Below are positions 14,401 to 27,900 of a stretch of 64,000 bases of DNA, in pieces. The notes below the pieces were generated by a model. That model made no database searches and had not been told where the DNA came from. It saw nothing but the letters and a program-made list of their open reading frames with translations. Position 1 is the stretch's first letter; each line of letters opens with the position of its first letter. Source of the DNA: Eledone cirrhosa (Eukaryota). A program made the translations under genes and the position numbers. Where the stretch lies: contig OZ024741.1 of the NCBI GenBank assembly GCA_964016885.1, forward strand, positions 72,664,001-72,728,000. Direction: 5' to 3'.

Positions 14401-15999
14401 CTTTAGTTGGTGTTGTTACTTTAGTTGTTGTTGCAATATTAGTTGTTTTTGATAGTTTAGTTGTTGTTGTTACTTTAGTTGTTGTTAGTTTAGTTGTTGT
14501 TGATAGTTTAGTTGTAGTTGTTACGTTAGTTTTTGATAGTTTTGTTGTTGTTGATAATTTAGTTGTTGTTGTTGCGTTAGTTGTTGTTAATTTAGTTGTT
14601 GTTACTTTAGTTGTTGTTTATAGTTTAGTTGTTGTTGATAGATTAGTTGTTGTTGTTACTTTAGTTGTTGCTGTTACTTTAGTTGTTGTTGATACTTCAG
14701 TTGTTTTTGTTACTTTTGGTGTTGTTGTTACTTTAGTTGTTGTTACTTTAGTTGTTGTTGTTACTTTAGTTGTTGTTGATAGTTTAGTTGTTGTTGATAG
14801 TTTAGTCGTTGCTACTTTAGTTGTTGTTGTTACTTTAGTTGTTGTTGATAATTTAGTTGTTGTTGTTAATTTAGTTGTTATTGTTACTTTAGTTGTTGTT
14901 GTTTCTTTAGTTGTTGTTGTTACTTTAGTTGTCGTTGATAGTTTAGTTGTTGTTGTTACTTTAGTTGTTGTTGTTTCTTTAGTTGTTGTTGATAGTTTAG
15001 TTGTTGTTGTTATTTAGTTGTTGTTGTTATTTAGTTTTTGTTGTTACTTAATTGTTGTTGATAGTTTAGTTGTTGTTGTTACTTTAGTTGTTGTTTTTAC
15101 TTTAGATGTGGTTGATAGTTTAGTTGTTGTTGCTTTAGTTGTTGTTGATAGTTTAGTTGTTGTTGTTACTTAAGTTGTTGTTACTTTAGTTGTTGTTGTT
15201 ACTTATGTTGTTGTTGATAGTTTAGCTGTTTTTGTCATTTAGTTGTTGTTGTTACTTTAGTTGTTGTTGATAATTTAGTTGTTGCTGTTAGTTTAGTTGT
15301 TATTGTTACTTTAGTTGTTGCTGTTACTTTAGTTGTTGTTGATAGTTTAGTTGTTGTTGTTACTTTAGTCGTTGTTGTTACTTATGTTGTTGTTGATAGT
15401 TTAGCTGTTTTTGTCATTTAGTTGTTGTTGTTACATTAGTTGTTTGTTGATAGTTTAGTTGTTGTTATTATTTAGTTGTTGTCGTTATTTAGTTTTTGTT
15501 GTTACTTTAGTTATTGTTGATAGTTTAGTTGTTGTTGTCGTTTAATAGTTGTTGTTACTTTAGTTGTTGTTGTTACTTTAGTTCTCGTTGATAGTTTAGT
15601 TGTTGTTGCTATTTAGTTGTTGTTGTTACTTTAGTTGTTGTTGATAGTTTAGTTGTTGTTGTTACTTTAGTTGTTGTTGATAGATTAGTTGTTGTTGATA
15701 GTTTAGTTGTTGTTGATAGTTTAGTTGTTGTTACCATAGTTGTTGCTACTTTAGTTGTTGTTATTACTTTAGTTGCAGTTCTTGCTTTAGTTGTTATTGA
15801 TAGTTTAGTTGTTGTTGTTACTTTAGTTGTTTTTGTTACTTTAGTAGTTGTTGATAGTTTAGTTGTTGTTGATAGTTTAGTTGTTGTTAAGTTAGTTGTT
15901 GTTGTTACTGTAATGGTTGTTACTTTAGCTGTTGTTACTTTAGTTGTTGTTGATAGTTTAGTTGTTGTTGATAATTTAGTTGTTGTTGTTACTTTAGTT

Positions 16000-18900
16000 G
16001 TTGTTGTTACTTTAATTGTTGTTGATAGTTTAGTTGTTGTTGTTATTTAGTTGTTGTTTTTACTTTAGATGTTGATAGTTTAGTTGTTGTTGCTTTAGTT
16101 GTTGTTGATAGTTTAGTTGATGTTTTTACTTTAGTTGTTGTTACTTTAGTTGTTGTTAATACCCTAGTTGTTGTTGATAGTTTAGTTGTTGTTGATAGTT
16201 TAGTTGTTGTTGTTACTTTAGTTGTTGTTGATAGTTTAGTTGTTGTTTTTACTGTAGTTGTTGTTGTTATTTAGTTGTTGTTGATAGGTTAGTTGTTGTT
16301 GCTATTTAGTTGTTGTTGTTACATTAGTTGTTGTTGATAGTTTAGTTGTTGTTGTTACTTTAGTTGTTGTTGATAGCTTAGTTGTTGTTGTTATTTAGTT
16401 GTTAGAGTTATTTCGTTTTTGTTGTTACTTTAGTTCTCGTTGATAGTTTAGTTGTTGTTGTTATTTAGTTGTTGTTGTTACTTTAGTTGTTGTTGATAAT
16501 TTAGTTGCTGTTGTTACTTTAGTTGTTGTTGATAGTTTAGTTGTTGTTGTTAGTTTAGTTCTCGTTGATAGTTTAGATGTTGTTGTTATTTAGTTGTTGT
16601 TGTTACTTTAGTTGTTGTTGTTACTTTAGTTGTTGTTGATAGTTTAGTTGTTGTTGTTACTTTAGTTGTTGTTACTTTAATTGTTGTTGATAGTTTAGTT
16701 GTTGTTGCTTTAGTTGTTGTTAATACCCTAGTTGTTGTTGATAGTTTAGTTGTTGTGGATAGTTTAGTTGTTGTTAATACCCTAGTTGTTGTTGATAGTT
16801 TAGTTGTTGTTGATAGTTTAGTTGTTGTTGTTACCTTAGTTGTTGCTGTTACTTTAGTTGTTGTTGTTACTTTAGTCGTTGTTGTTACTTTAGTTGTTGT
16901 TACATTAGTTGTTGTTGTTACTTTAGTTGTTGTTGATAGTTTAGTTGTTGTTGATAGTTTATTTGTTGTTGTTATTTAGTTGTTGTTGTTATTTAGTCTT
17001 TGTTGTTACTTTAGTTATTGTTGATAGTTTAGTTGTTGTTGTTACTTTAGTTGTTGTTGTTACTTTAGTTGTTGCTGTTATTTATTTGTTGTTGTTACTT
17101 TAGTTGTTGTTGTTACTTTAGTTGTTGATGTTACTTTAGTTGTTGTTGTTACTTTAGTTGTTGTTGTTACTTTAGTGGTTGTTGTTACATCAGTTGTTGT
17201 TGATAGTTTAGATGTTGTTGTTACTTTAGTTGTTGTTGATAGTTTAGTTGTTGTTGTTATTTAGTTGTTGTTGTTACTTTAGTGGTTGTTGTTACATTAG
17301 TTGTTGTTGATAGTTTAGATGTTGTTGTTACTTTAGTTGTTGTTGATAGTTTAGTTGTTGTTGTTATTTAGTTGTTGTTGCTATTTAGTTTTTGTTGTTA
17401 CTTTAGTTGTTGTTGATAGTTTAGATGTTGTTGTTACTTTAGTTGTTGTTACTTTAGTTGTTGTTACTTTAATTGTTGTTGATAGTTTAGTTGTTGTTGT
17501 TACTTAAGTTGTTGTTGTTACTTTAATTGTTGTTGATACTTTAATTGTTGTTGTTACTTTAGTTGTTGTTGTTACTTTAATTGTTGTTGATAGTTTAGTT
17601 GTTGTTGTTACTTTAGTTGTTGTTTTTAATTTAGATGTTGTTGATAGTTTAGTTGTTGTTGCTTTAGTTGTTGTTGATAGTTTAGTTGTTGTTGTTACTT
17701 TAGTTGTTGTTGATAGTCTAGTTGTTGTTGATAGTTTAGTTGTTGTTGTTACTTTAGTTGTTGATGATAGTTTAGTTGTTGTTGTTACTTTAGATGTTGT
17801 TGATAGTTTAGTTGTTGTTACTTTAGTTGTTGTTGATAGTTTAGTTGTTGTTGTTATTTAGTTGTTGCAGTTACTTAAGTTGTTGTTGATAGTTTAGTTG
17901 TTGTTGTTACTTTAGCTGTTGTTGTTACATTAGTTCTTGTTGATAGTTTAGTTGTTGTTGATACTTTAGTTGTTGTTGATACTTTAGTTGCTGTTGATAC
18001 TTTACTTGTTGTTGTTAGTTTAGATGTTGTTGATAGTTTAGTTGTTGTTGTTACCTTAGTTGTTGTTACTTTAGTTGTTGTTGTTACTTTAGTTGTTGTT
18101 ACTTTAGTTGTTGTTACTTTAAATGTTGTTACTTTAGTTGTTGTTGTTACTATAGTTGTTGTTACTTTAGTTGTTGTTGTTACTTTAGTTGTTGTTGTTA
18201 CTTTAGTTGTTGTTGATACTTTAGTTGTTGTTGTTACTTTAGTTGTTGTTGATAGTTTAGTTGTTGTTGATAGTTTAGTTGTTGTTACTATAGTTGTTGC
18301 TACTTTAGTTGTTGTTACTTTAGTTGCTGATCTTGCTTTAGTTGTTTTTGATAATTTAGTTGTTGTTGTTACTTTAGTTGTTGTTGTTACTGTAGTTGTT
18401 GTTGTTACTTTAGTAGTTGTTACTTTAGTTGTTGTTGATAGTTTAGTTGTTGTTGATAGTTTAGTTGTTGTTATTTCTTTAGTTGTTGTTGTTACTTTAG
18501 TTGTTGTTGATAGTTTTGTTGTTGTTACTTTAGTTGTTGTTACATTAGTTGTTGTTGTTACTTTAGTTGTTGTTACTTTAGTTGTTGTTGATAGTTTAGT
18601 TGTTGTTGTTACTTTAGTTGTTGTTGTAACTTTACATGTTGTTGATAGTTTAGTTGTTGTTGCTTTAGTTGTTGTTGATAGTTTAGTTGTTGTTGTTACT
18701 TTAGTTGTTGTTAATAGTTTAGTTGTTGTTACTTTAGTTGTTGTTGTTATTTAGTTGTTGTTGATAGGTTAGTTGTTGTTGTTATTTAGTTGTTGTTGTT
18801 ACATTAGTTGTTGTTGATAGTTTAGTTGTTGTTGTTACTTTAGTTGTTGTTGATAGCTTCGTTGTTGTTGTTATTTAGTTGTTAGAGTCATTTAGTTTTT

Positions 18901-21900
18901 GTTGTTACTTTAGTTCTCGTTGATAGTTTAGTTGTTGTCGTTATTTAGTTGTTGTTGTTACTTCAGTTGTTGTTGATAGTTTAGTTGCTGTTGTTACTTT
19001 AGTTGTTGTTGATAGTTTAGTTGTTGTTGTTAGTTTAGTTCTCGTTGATAATTTAGTTGTTGTTGTTATTTAGTTGTTGTTGTTACTTTAGTTGTTGTTG
19101 TTACTTTAGTTGTAGTTGATAGTTTAGATGTTGTTGTTACTTTAGTTGTTGTTACTTTAATTGTTGTTGATAGTTTAGTTGTTGTTGCTTTAGTTGTTGT
19201 TGATAGTTTAGTTGTTGTTGTTACTTTAGTTGTTGTTACTTTAGTTGTTGTTAATACCCTAGTTGTTGTTGATAGTTTAGTTGTTGTTGATAGTTTAGTT
19301 GTTGTTGTTACTTTAGTTGTTGCTGTTACTTTAGTTGTTGCTGTTACTTTAGTCGTTGTTGTTACTTTAGTTGTTGTTACATTAGTTGTTGTTGTTACTT
19401 TAGTTGTTGTTGATAGTTTAGTTGTTGTTGATAGTTTAGTTGTTGTTGTTATTTAGTTGTTGTCGTTATTTAGTCTTTGTTGTTACTTTAGTTATTGTTG
19501 ATAGTTTAGTTGTTGTTGTTACTTTAGTTGTTGTTGTTACTTTAGTTGTTGCTGTTATTTATTTGTTGTTGTTACTTTAGTTGTTGTTGTTACTTTAGTT
19601 GTTGATGTTACTTTAGTTGTTGTTGTTACTTTAGTTGTTGTTGATAGTTTAGTTGTTGTTGTTATTTAGTTGTTGTTGTTACTTTAGTGGTTGTTGTTAC
19701 ATTAGTTGTTGTTGATAGTTTAGATGTTGTTGTTACTTTAGTTGTTGTTGATAGTTTAGTTGTTGTTGTTATTTAGTTGTTGTTGTTATTTAGTTTTTGT
19801 TGTTACTTTAGTTGTTGTTGATAGTTTAGATGTTGTTGTTACTTTAGTTGTTGTTACTTTAGTTGTTGTTACTTTAATTGTTGTTGATAGTTTAGTTGTT
19901 GTTGTTACTTAAGTTGTTGTTGTTACTTTAATTGTTGTTGATACTTTAGTTGTTGTTACTTTAGTTGTTGTTGTTACTTTAGTTGTTGATGTTACTTTAA
20001 TTGTTGTTGATAGTTTAGTTGTTGTTACTTTAGTTGTTGTTTTTAATTTAGATGTTGTTGATAGTTTAGTTGTTGTTGCTTTAGTTGTTGTTGATAGTTT
20101 AGTTGTTGTTGTTACTTTAGTTGTTGTTGATAGTTTAGTTGTTGTTGTTATTTAGTTGTTGCAGTTACTTTAGTTGTTGTTGATAGTTTAGTTGTTGTTG
20201 TTACTTTAGCTGTTGTTGTTACATTAGTTGTTGTTGATGGTTTAGTTGTTGTTGATACTTTAGTTGTTGTTGATACTTTAGTTGCTGTTGATACTTTACT
20301 TGTTGTTGTTAGTTTAGATGTTGTTGATAGTTTAGTTGTTGTTGCTTTAGTTGTTGTTGATAGTTTAGTTGTTGTTGTTACCTTAGTTGTTGTTACTTTA
20401 GTTGTTGTTGTTACTTTAGTTGTTGTTACTTTAGTTGTTGTTGTTACTATAGTTGTTGTTACTTTAGTTGTTGTTGTTACTTTAATTGTTGTTGATAGTT
20501 TAGTTGTTGTTGTTACTTTAGTTGTTGTTATTACTTTAGTTGTCGATGCTTTAGTTGTTTTTGATAGTTTAGTTGTTGTTTTTACTTTAGTTGTTGTTAC
20601 TATATTTGTTGTTAATACCCTAATTGTTGATAGTTTAGTTGTTGATAGTTTAGTTGTTGTTGTTACTTTAGTTGTTGTTGTTACTTTAGTTGTTGTTACT
20701 TTAATTGTTGTTGATAGTTTAGTTGTTGTTACTTTAGATGTTGTTGATAGTTTAGTTGTTGATGCTTTAGTTATTGTTGATAGTTTAGTTGTTGTTGTTA
20801 CTTTAGTTGTTGTTACTATAGTTGTCGTTAATACCCTAGTTGTTGATAGTTTAGTTGTTGTTACTTTAGTTGTTGCTACTTTAGTTGTTGTTGTTACTTT
20901 AGTAGTTGTTGTTACTTTAGTTGTTTTTGATACTTTAGTTGTTGTTGTTACTTTAGTTGTTGTTGTTACTTTAATTGTTGTTGATAGTTTAGTTGTTGTT
21001 AATTTAGTTGTTGTTGTTACTTTAGATGTTGTTGATAGTTTAATTGTAGTTGCTTTAGTTGGTGTTGATAGTTTAGTTGTTGTTGTTACTTTAGTTGTTG
21101 TTACTTTAGTTGTTGTTGTTACTTCAATGGTTGTTGTTACTTTATTTGTTTTTGATACTTTAGTAGTTGTTGTTACTTTAGTTGTTGTTGATACTTTAAT
21201 TGTTGTTGATAGTTTAGTTGTTGTTAATTTAGTTGTTGTTGTTACTTTAGATGTTGTTGATAGTTTAGTTGTTGTTATTACTTTAGTTGTTGTTACTTTA
21301 GTTGTTGTTGTTACTTTAATTGTTGTTGTTACTTTAGTTGTTTTTGATACTTTAGTTGTTGTTACTTTAGTTGTTGCTACTTTAGTTGTTGTTGTTATTT
21401 AGTTGTTGTTGTTACTTTAGTTGTTGTTGATAGTTTAGTTGTTGTTGATAGTTTAGGTGTTGTTGTTAATTTAGTTGTTGTTGTTACTATAGTTGTTGAT
21501 GTTACTTTAGTTGCTACTTTAGTTGTTACTTTAGTTGTTGTTGTTACTTTAGTTGTTGTTGATAGTTTAGTTGTTGTTACTGTAGTTGTTGATGATAGTT
21601 TAGTTTTTGTTACTTCAGTTGTTGTTGTTACTTTAGTGGTTGTTGTTACATTAGTTGTTGTTGATAGTTTAGATGTTGTTGTTACTTTAGTTGTTGTTGA
21701 TAGTTTAGTTGTTGTTGTTATTTAGTTGTTGTTGTTATTTAGTTTTTGTTGTTACTTTAGTTGTTGTTGATAGTTTAGATGTTGTTGTTACTTTAGTTGT
21801 TGTTACTTTAGTTGTTGTTACTTTAATTGTTGTTGATAGTTTAGTTGTTGTTGTTACTTAAGTTGTTGTTGTTACTTTAATTGTTGTTGATACTTTAGTT

Positions 21901-24900
21901 GTTGTTACTTTAGTTGTTGTTGTTACTTTAGTTGTTGATGTTACTTTAATTGTTGTTGATAGTTTAGTTGTTGTTACTTTAGTTGTTGTTTTTAATTTAG
22001 ATGTTGTTGATAGTTTAGTTGTTGTTGCTTTAGTTGTTGTTGATAGTTTAGTTGTTGTTGTTATTTAGTTGTTGCAGTTACTTTAGTTGTTGTTGATAGT
22101 TTAGTTGTTGTTGTTACTTTAGCTGTTGTTGTTACATTAGTTGTTGTTGATGGTTTAGTTGTTGTTGATACTTTAGTTGTTGTTGATACTTTAGTTGCTG
22201 TTGATACTTTACTTGTTGTTGTTAGTTTAGATGTTGTTGATAGTTTAGTTGTTGTTGCTTTAGTTGTTGTTGATAGTTTAGTTGTTGTTGTTACCTTAGT
22301 TGTTGTTACTTTAGTTGTTGTTGTTACTTTAGTTGTTGTTACTTTAGTTGCTGTTGTTACTTTAGTTGTTGTTACTTTAAATGTTGTTACTTTAGTTGTT
22401 GTTGTTACTATAGTTGTTGTTACTTTAGTTGTTGTTGTTACTTTAGTTGTTGTTGTTACTTTAGTTGTTGTTGATACTTTAGTTGTTGTTGTTACTTTAG
22501 TTGTTGTTGATAGTTTAGTTGTTGTTGATAGTTTAGTTGTTGTTACTATAGTTGTTGCTACTTTAGTTGTTGTTACTTTAGTTGCTGATCTTGCTTTAGT
22601 TGTTTTTGATAATTTAGTTGTTGTTACTTTAGTAGTTGTTGATAGTTCAGTTGTTGTTGATAGTTTAGTTGTTGTTACTTTAGTTGTTGTTGTTACTGTA
22701 GTTGTTGTTGTTACTTTAGTAGTTGTTACTTTAGTTGTTGTTGATAGTTTAGTTGTTGTTGATAGTTTAGTTGTTGTTGTTACTTTAGTTGTTGTTGTTA
22801 CTTTAGTTGTTGTTGATAGTTTTGTTGTTGTTACTTTAGTTGTTGTTGTGACATTAGTTGTTGTTGTTACTTTAGTTGTTGTTACTTTAGTTGTTGTTGA
22901 TAGTTTAGTTGTTGTTGTTACTTTAGTTGGTGTTGTTACTTTAGATGTTGTTGATAGTTTAGTTGTTGTTGCTTTAGTTGTTGTTGATAGTTTAGTTGTT
23001 GTTGTTACTTTAGTTGTTGTTGTTACATTAGTTGTTGTTGTTACTTTAGTTGTTTTTGATACTTTAGTTGTTGTTACTTTAGTTGTTTCTACTTTAGTTG
23101 TTGTTGATACTTTAGTTGTTGTTGTTACTTTAGTTGTTGTTGATAGTTTAGTTGTTGATACTTTAGTTATTGTTGATAGTGTAGTTATTGTTACTTTAGT
23201 TGTTGTTGTTACTTTAGTTGTTGTTGTTAGTTTAGTTGTTGTTACTTTAGTTGTTGTTGATACTTTAGTTGTTGTTGATAGTTTAGTTGTTGTTGTTACT
23301 TTAGTTGTTGTTGTTACTTTAGTTGTTGTTACTTTAGTTGTTGTTTATACTTTAGTTGTTGTTGTTACTTTAGTTGTTGCTACTTTAGTTGTTGTTGTTA
23401 CTTTAGTTGTTGTTGTTAATTTAGATGTTGTTGATAGTTTAGTTGTTGTTACTTGAGTTGTTTTTGATACTTTAGTTGTTGTTGTTACTTTAGTTGTTGT
23501 TGTTACTTTAGTTGTTGTTGTTACTTTAGTTGTTATTGATACTTTAGTTGTTGTTGTTACTTTAGTTGTTGTTACTTCAGTTGTTGTTGATAGTTTAGTT
23601 GTTGTTGTTACTTTAGTTGTTGCTGTTATTTTAGTTGTTGTTGTTACTTTAGTTGTTGTTGTTACTTTAGTTGTTGATGATACATTAGTTGTTGTTGTTG
23701 CGTTAGTTGTTGTTACTTTAGTTGGTTTATAGTCTAGTTGTTGTTACTTTAGTTGTTGTTGATAGTCTAGTTGTTTTTGATAGTTTAATTGTTGTTGTTA
23801 CTTTAGTTGTTGTTGTTACTTTAGTTGTTGTTGCTAGTTTAGTTGTTATTGTTACTTCAGTTGTTGTTGTTACTTTAGTTGTTGCTGTTACTTTAGTTGG
23901 TGTTGTTACTTTAATTGTTGTTGATAGTTTAGTTGTTGTTGATAGTTTAGTTGTTGTTGATAGTTTAGTTGTTGTTGTTATTTAATTTTTGTTGTTACTT
24001 TAGTTATTTTGATAGTTTAGTTGTTGTTGTCATGTACTTGTTGTTGTTACTTTAGTTGTTGTTGTTACTTTAGTTGTTGTTGTTTGTTTAGTTGTTGTTG
24101 ATAGATCAGTTGTTGTTGATAGTTTAGTTGTTCTTGTTACTTTAATTGTTGTTGATAGTTCAGTTGTTGTTGTTACTTTAGTTGTTGTTGTTACTTTAGT
24201 TGTTGTTGATAGTTTAGTTGTTGTTGTTACTTTAGTTGTTGTTGTTACTTTAATTGTTGTTGATAGTTTAGTTGTTGTTGTTACTTTATTTCTTGCTGTT
24301 ACGTTAGTTGTTGTTGTTACTTTAATTGTTGTTGATAGTTTAGTTGTTGTTGTTACTTTAGTTGTTGTTGTTACTTTAGTTGTCGATGCTTTAGTTGTTT
24401 TTGATAGTTTAGTTGTTGTTTTTACTTTAGTTGTTGTTACTATAGTTGTTGTTGTTACTATAGTTGTTGTTAATACCCTAATTGTTGATAGTTTAGTTGT
24501 TGATAGTTTAGTTGTTGTTGTTACTTTAGTTGTTGTTGTTACTTTAATTGTTGTTGATAGTTTAGTTGTTGTTACTTTAGATGTTGTTGATAGTTTAGTT
24601 GTTGATGCTTTAGTTATTGTTGATAGTTTAGTTGTTGTTGTTACTTTAGTTGTTGTTACTATAGTTGTCGTTAATACCCTAGTTGTTGATAGTTTAGTTG
24701 TTGTTACTTTAGTTGTTGCTACTTTAGTTGTTGTTGTTACTTTAGTAGTTGTTGTTACTTTAGTTGTTTTTGATACTTTAGTTGTTGTTGTTACTTTAGT
24801 TGTTGTTACTTTAGTTGTTGTTGTTACTTTAATTGTTGTTGATAGTTTAGTTGTTGTTAATTTAGTTGTTGTTGTTACTTTAGATGTTGTAGATAGTTTA

Positions 24901-27900
24901 ATTGTAGTTGCTTTAGTTGTTGTTGATAGTTTAGTTGTTGTTGTTACTTTAGTTGTTGTTACTTTAGTTGTTGTTGTTACTTCAATGGTTGTTGTTACTT
25001 TATTTGTTTTTGATACTTTAGTAGTTGTTGTTACTTTAGTTGTTGTTGATACTTTAATTGTTGTTGATAGTTTAGTTGTTGTTAATTTAGTTGTTGTTGT
25101 TACTTTAGATGTTGTTGATAGTTTAATTGTTGTTGCTTTAGTTGTTGTTGATAGTTTAGTTGTTGTTATTACTTTAGTTGTTGTTACTTTAGTTGTTGTT
25201 GTTACTTTAATTGTTGTTGTTACTTTAGTTGTTTTTGATACTTTAGTTGTTGTTGTTACTTTAGTTGTTGCTACTTTAGTTGTTTTTGTTATTTAGTTGT
25301 TGTTGTTACTTTAGTTGTTGATACTTTAGTTGTTGTTGTTACTTTAGTTGTTGTTGATAGTTTAGTTGTTGTTGATAGTTTAGGTGTTGTTGTTAATTTA
25401 GTTGTTGTTGTTACTATAGTTGTTGATGTTACTTTAGTTGCTACTTTAGTTGTTACTTTAGTTGTTGTTGTTACTTTAGTTGTTGTTGATAGTTTAGTTG
25501 TTGTTACTGTAGTTGTTGTTGATAGTTTAGTTTTTGTTACTTTAGTTATTGTTACTTTAGTTGTTGTTGATAGTTTAGTTGTTGTTGCTTTAGTTGTTGT
25601 TGATAGTTTAGTTGTTGATACTTTAGTTATCGTTGATAGTTTAGTTGTTGTTACTTTAGTTATTGTTGATAGTGTAGTTATTGTTACTTTAGTTGTTGTT
25701 GTTACTTTAGTTGTTGTTGTTAGTTTAGTTGTTGTTACTTTAGTTGTTGTTGTTACTTTAGTTGTTGCTACTTTAGTTGTTGTTGTTACTTTAGTTGTTG
25801 TTGTTAATTTAGATGTTGTTGATAGTTTAGTTGTTGTCGTTACTTTAGTTGTTGTTACTTTAGTTGTTGTTGATACTTTAGTTGATGTTGTTACTTTAGT
25901 TGTTGTTGTTACTTTAGTTGTTGTTGATACTTTAGTCCTTGTTGTTACTTTAGTTGTTGTTGATAGTTTAGTTGTCGTTGTTACTTTAGTTGTTGTTGTT
26001 ATTTTAGTTGTTGTTGTTACTTTAGTTGTTGTTACTTTAGTTGTTGTTGTTACTTTAGTTGTTGTTGATACTTTAGTTGTTTTTGTTGCGTTAGTTGTTG
26101 TTACTTTAGTTGGTGTTGTTACTTTAGTTGTTGTTGCAACTTTAGTTGTTGTTGATAGTTTAGTTGTTGTTGTTACTTTAGTTGTTGTTGTTACTTTAGT
26201 TGTTGTTGCTACTTTAGTTAATGTTGTTACTTTAGTTGTTGTTACTTTAGTTGTTGTTGATAGTTTAGTTGTTGTTGTTACTTTAGTTGTTGTTGATACT
26301 TTAGTTGTTGTTGTTACTTTAGTTGTTGTTGAAACTTTAGTTGTTACTTTAGTTGTTGTTGATACTTTAGTTGTTGCTACTTTTGTTGTTGTTGTTACAT
26401 TAGTTGTTGCTTCTTTAATTGTTGTTACTTTAGGTGTTGTTACTTTAGTTGTTGTTTTTACTTTAGTTGTTGTTACTTTAGTTTTTGTTACTTAGAGAAG
26501 TGGTTGTTACTTTAGTTGTTGTTGTTACTTAAGTTGTTGTTGTTACTTTAGTTGTTGTTGATAGTTTAGTTGTTGTTGTTACTTTAGTTGTTGTTACTGT
26601 AGTTGTTGTTGTTACTTTAATTATTGTTGATACTTTAGTTGTTGTTGTTACTTTAGTTGTTGTTTATACTTTAGTTGTTGTTGTTACTTTAGTTGTTGTT
26701 GTTACTTTAGTTGTTGTTGATACTTTAGTTGTTGTTGATAGTTTAGTTGTTGTTGTTACTTTAGTTGTTGTTTTTACTTTAGTTGTTTTTGATAGTTTAG
26801 TTGTTGTTGTTACTTTAGTTGTTGTTACTTTAGTTGTTGTTGATAGTTTAGTTGTTGTTACTTTAGTTGTTACTTTAGTTGTTACTTTAGTTGTTGTTGA
26901 TAGTTTAGTTGTTGTTGTTACTTCACTTGTTGATGTTACTTTAGTTGTCGATAGTTTAGTTGTTGTTGTTACTTTATTTGTTGTTGTTACTTCAGTTGTT
27001 GTTGATAGTTTAGTTGTTGTTGTTACATTAGTTGTTGTTGATAGTTTAGTTGTTGTTGATAGTTTAGTTGTTGTTAATTTAGTTGTTGTTGATACTTTAG
27101 TTGTTGCTACTTTAGTTGTTGTTGTTACTTTAGTTGTTGCTACTTTAGTTGTTGTTGATAGTTTAGTTGTTGTTACTTTAGTTGTTGTCGTTACTTTAGT
27201 TGTTGTTGTTACTTTAGTTTTTGTTGATACTTTAGTTGTTGTTGATAATTTAGTTGTTGTTGTTCCTTTAGTTGTTGTTTTTACTTTAGTTGCTGTTGAT
27301 AGTTTAGTTGTTGTTGTTACTTAAGTTGTTGTTGTTACTTTAATTGTTGTTGATACTTTAGTTGTTGTTACTTTAGTTGTTGTTGTTACTTTAGTTGTTG
27401 TTGTTACTTTAATTGTTGTTGATAGTTTAGTTGTTGTTGTTATTTAGTTGTTGTTTTTAATTTAGATGTTGTTGATAGTTTAGTTGCTGTTGCTTTAGTT
27501 GTTGTTGATAGTTTAGTTGTTGTTGTTACTTTAGTTGTTGTTGATAGTCTAGTTGTTGTTGATAGTTTAGTTGTTGTTGTTACTTTAGTTGTTGATGATA
27601 GTTTAGTTGTTGTTGTTGCTTTAGATGTTGCTGATAGTTTAGTTGTTGTTACTTTAGTTGTTGTTGATAGTTTAGTTGTTGTTGTTATTTAGGTGTTGCA
27701 GTTACTTTAGTTGTTGTTGATAGTTTAGTTGTTGTTGTTACTTTTGCTGTTGTTGTTACATTAGTTGTTGTTGATAGTTTAGTTGTTGTTGATACTTTAG
27801 TTGTTCTTGATACTTTAGTTGCTGTTGATACTTTACTTGTTGTTGTTAGTTTAGTTGTTGTTGATAGATTAGTTGTTGTTGTTACCTTAGTTGTTGTTAC

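Noticed and set aside
20613-20625. CCCTAA (TTAGGG on the minus strand), also near 24476
   Set aside because: These are single hexamers arising from the AATACCCTA variant, not tandem telomeric repeats.
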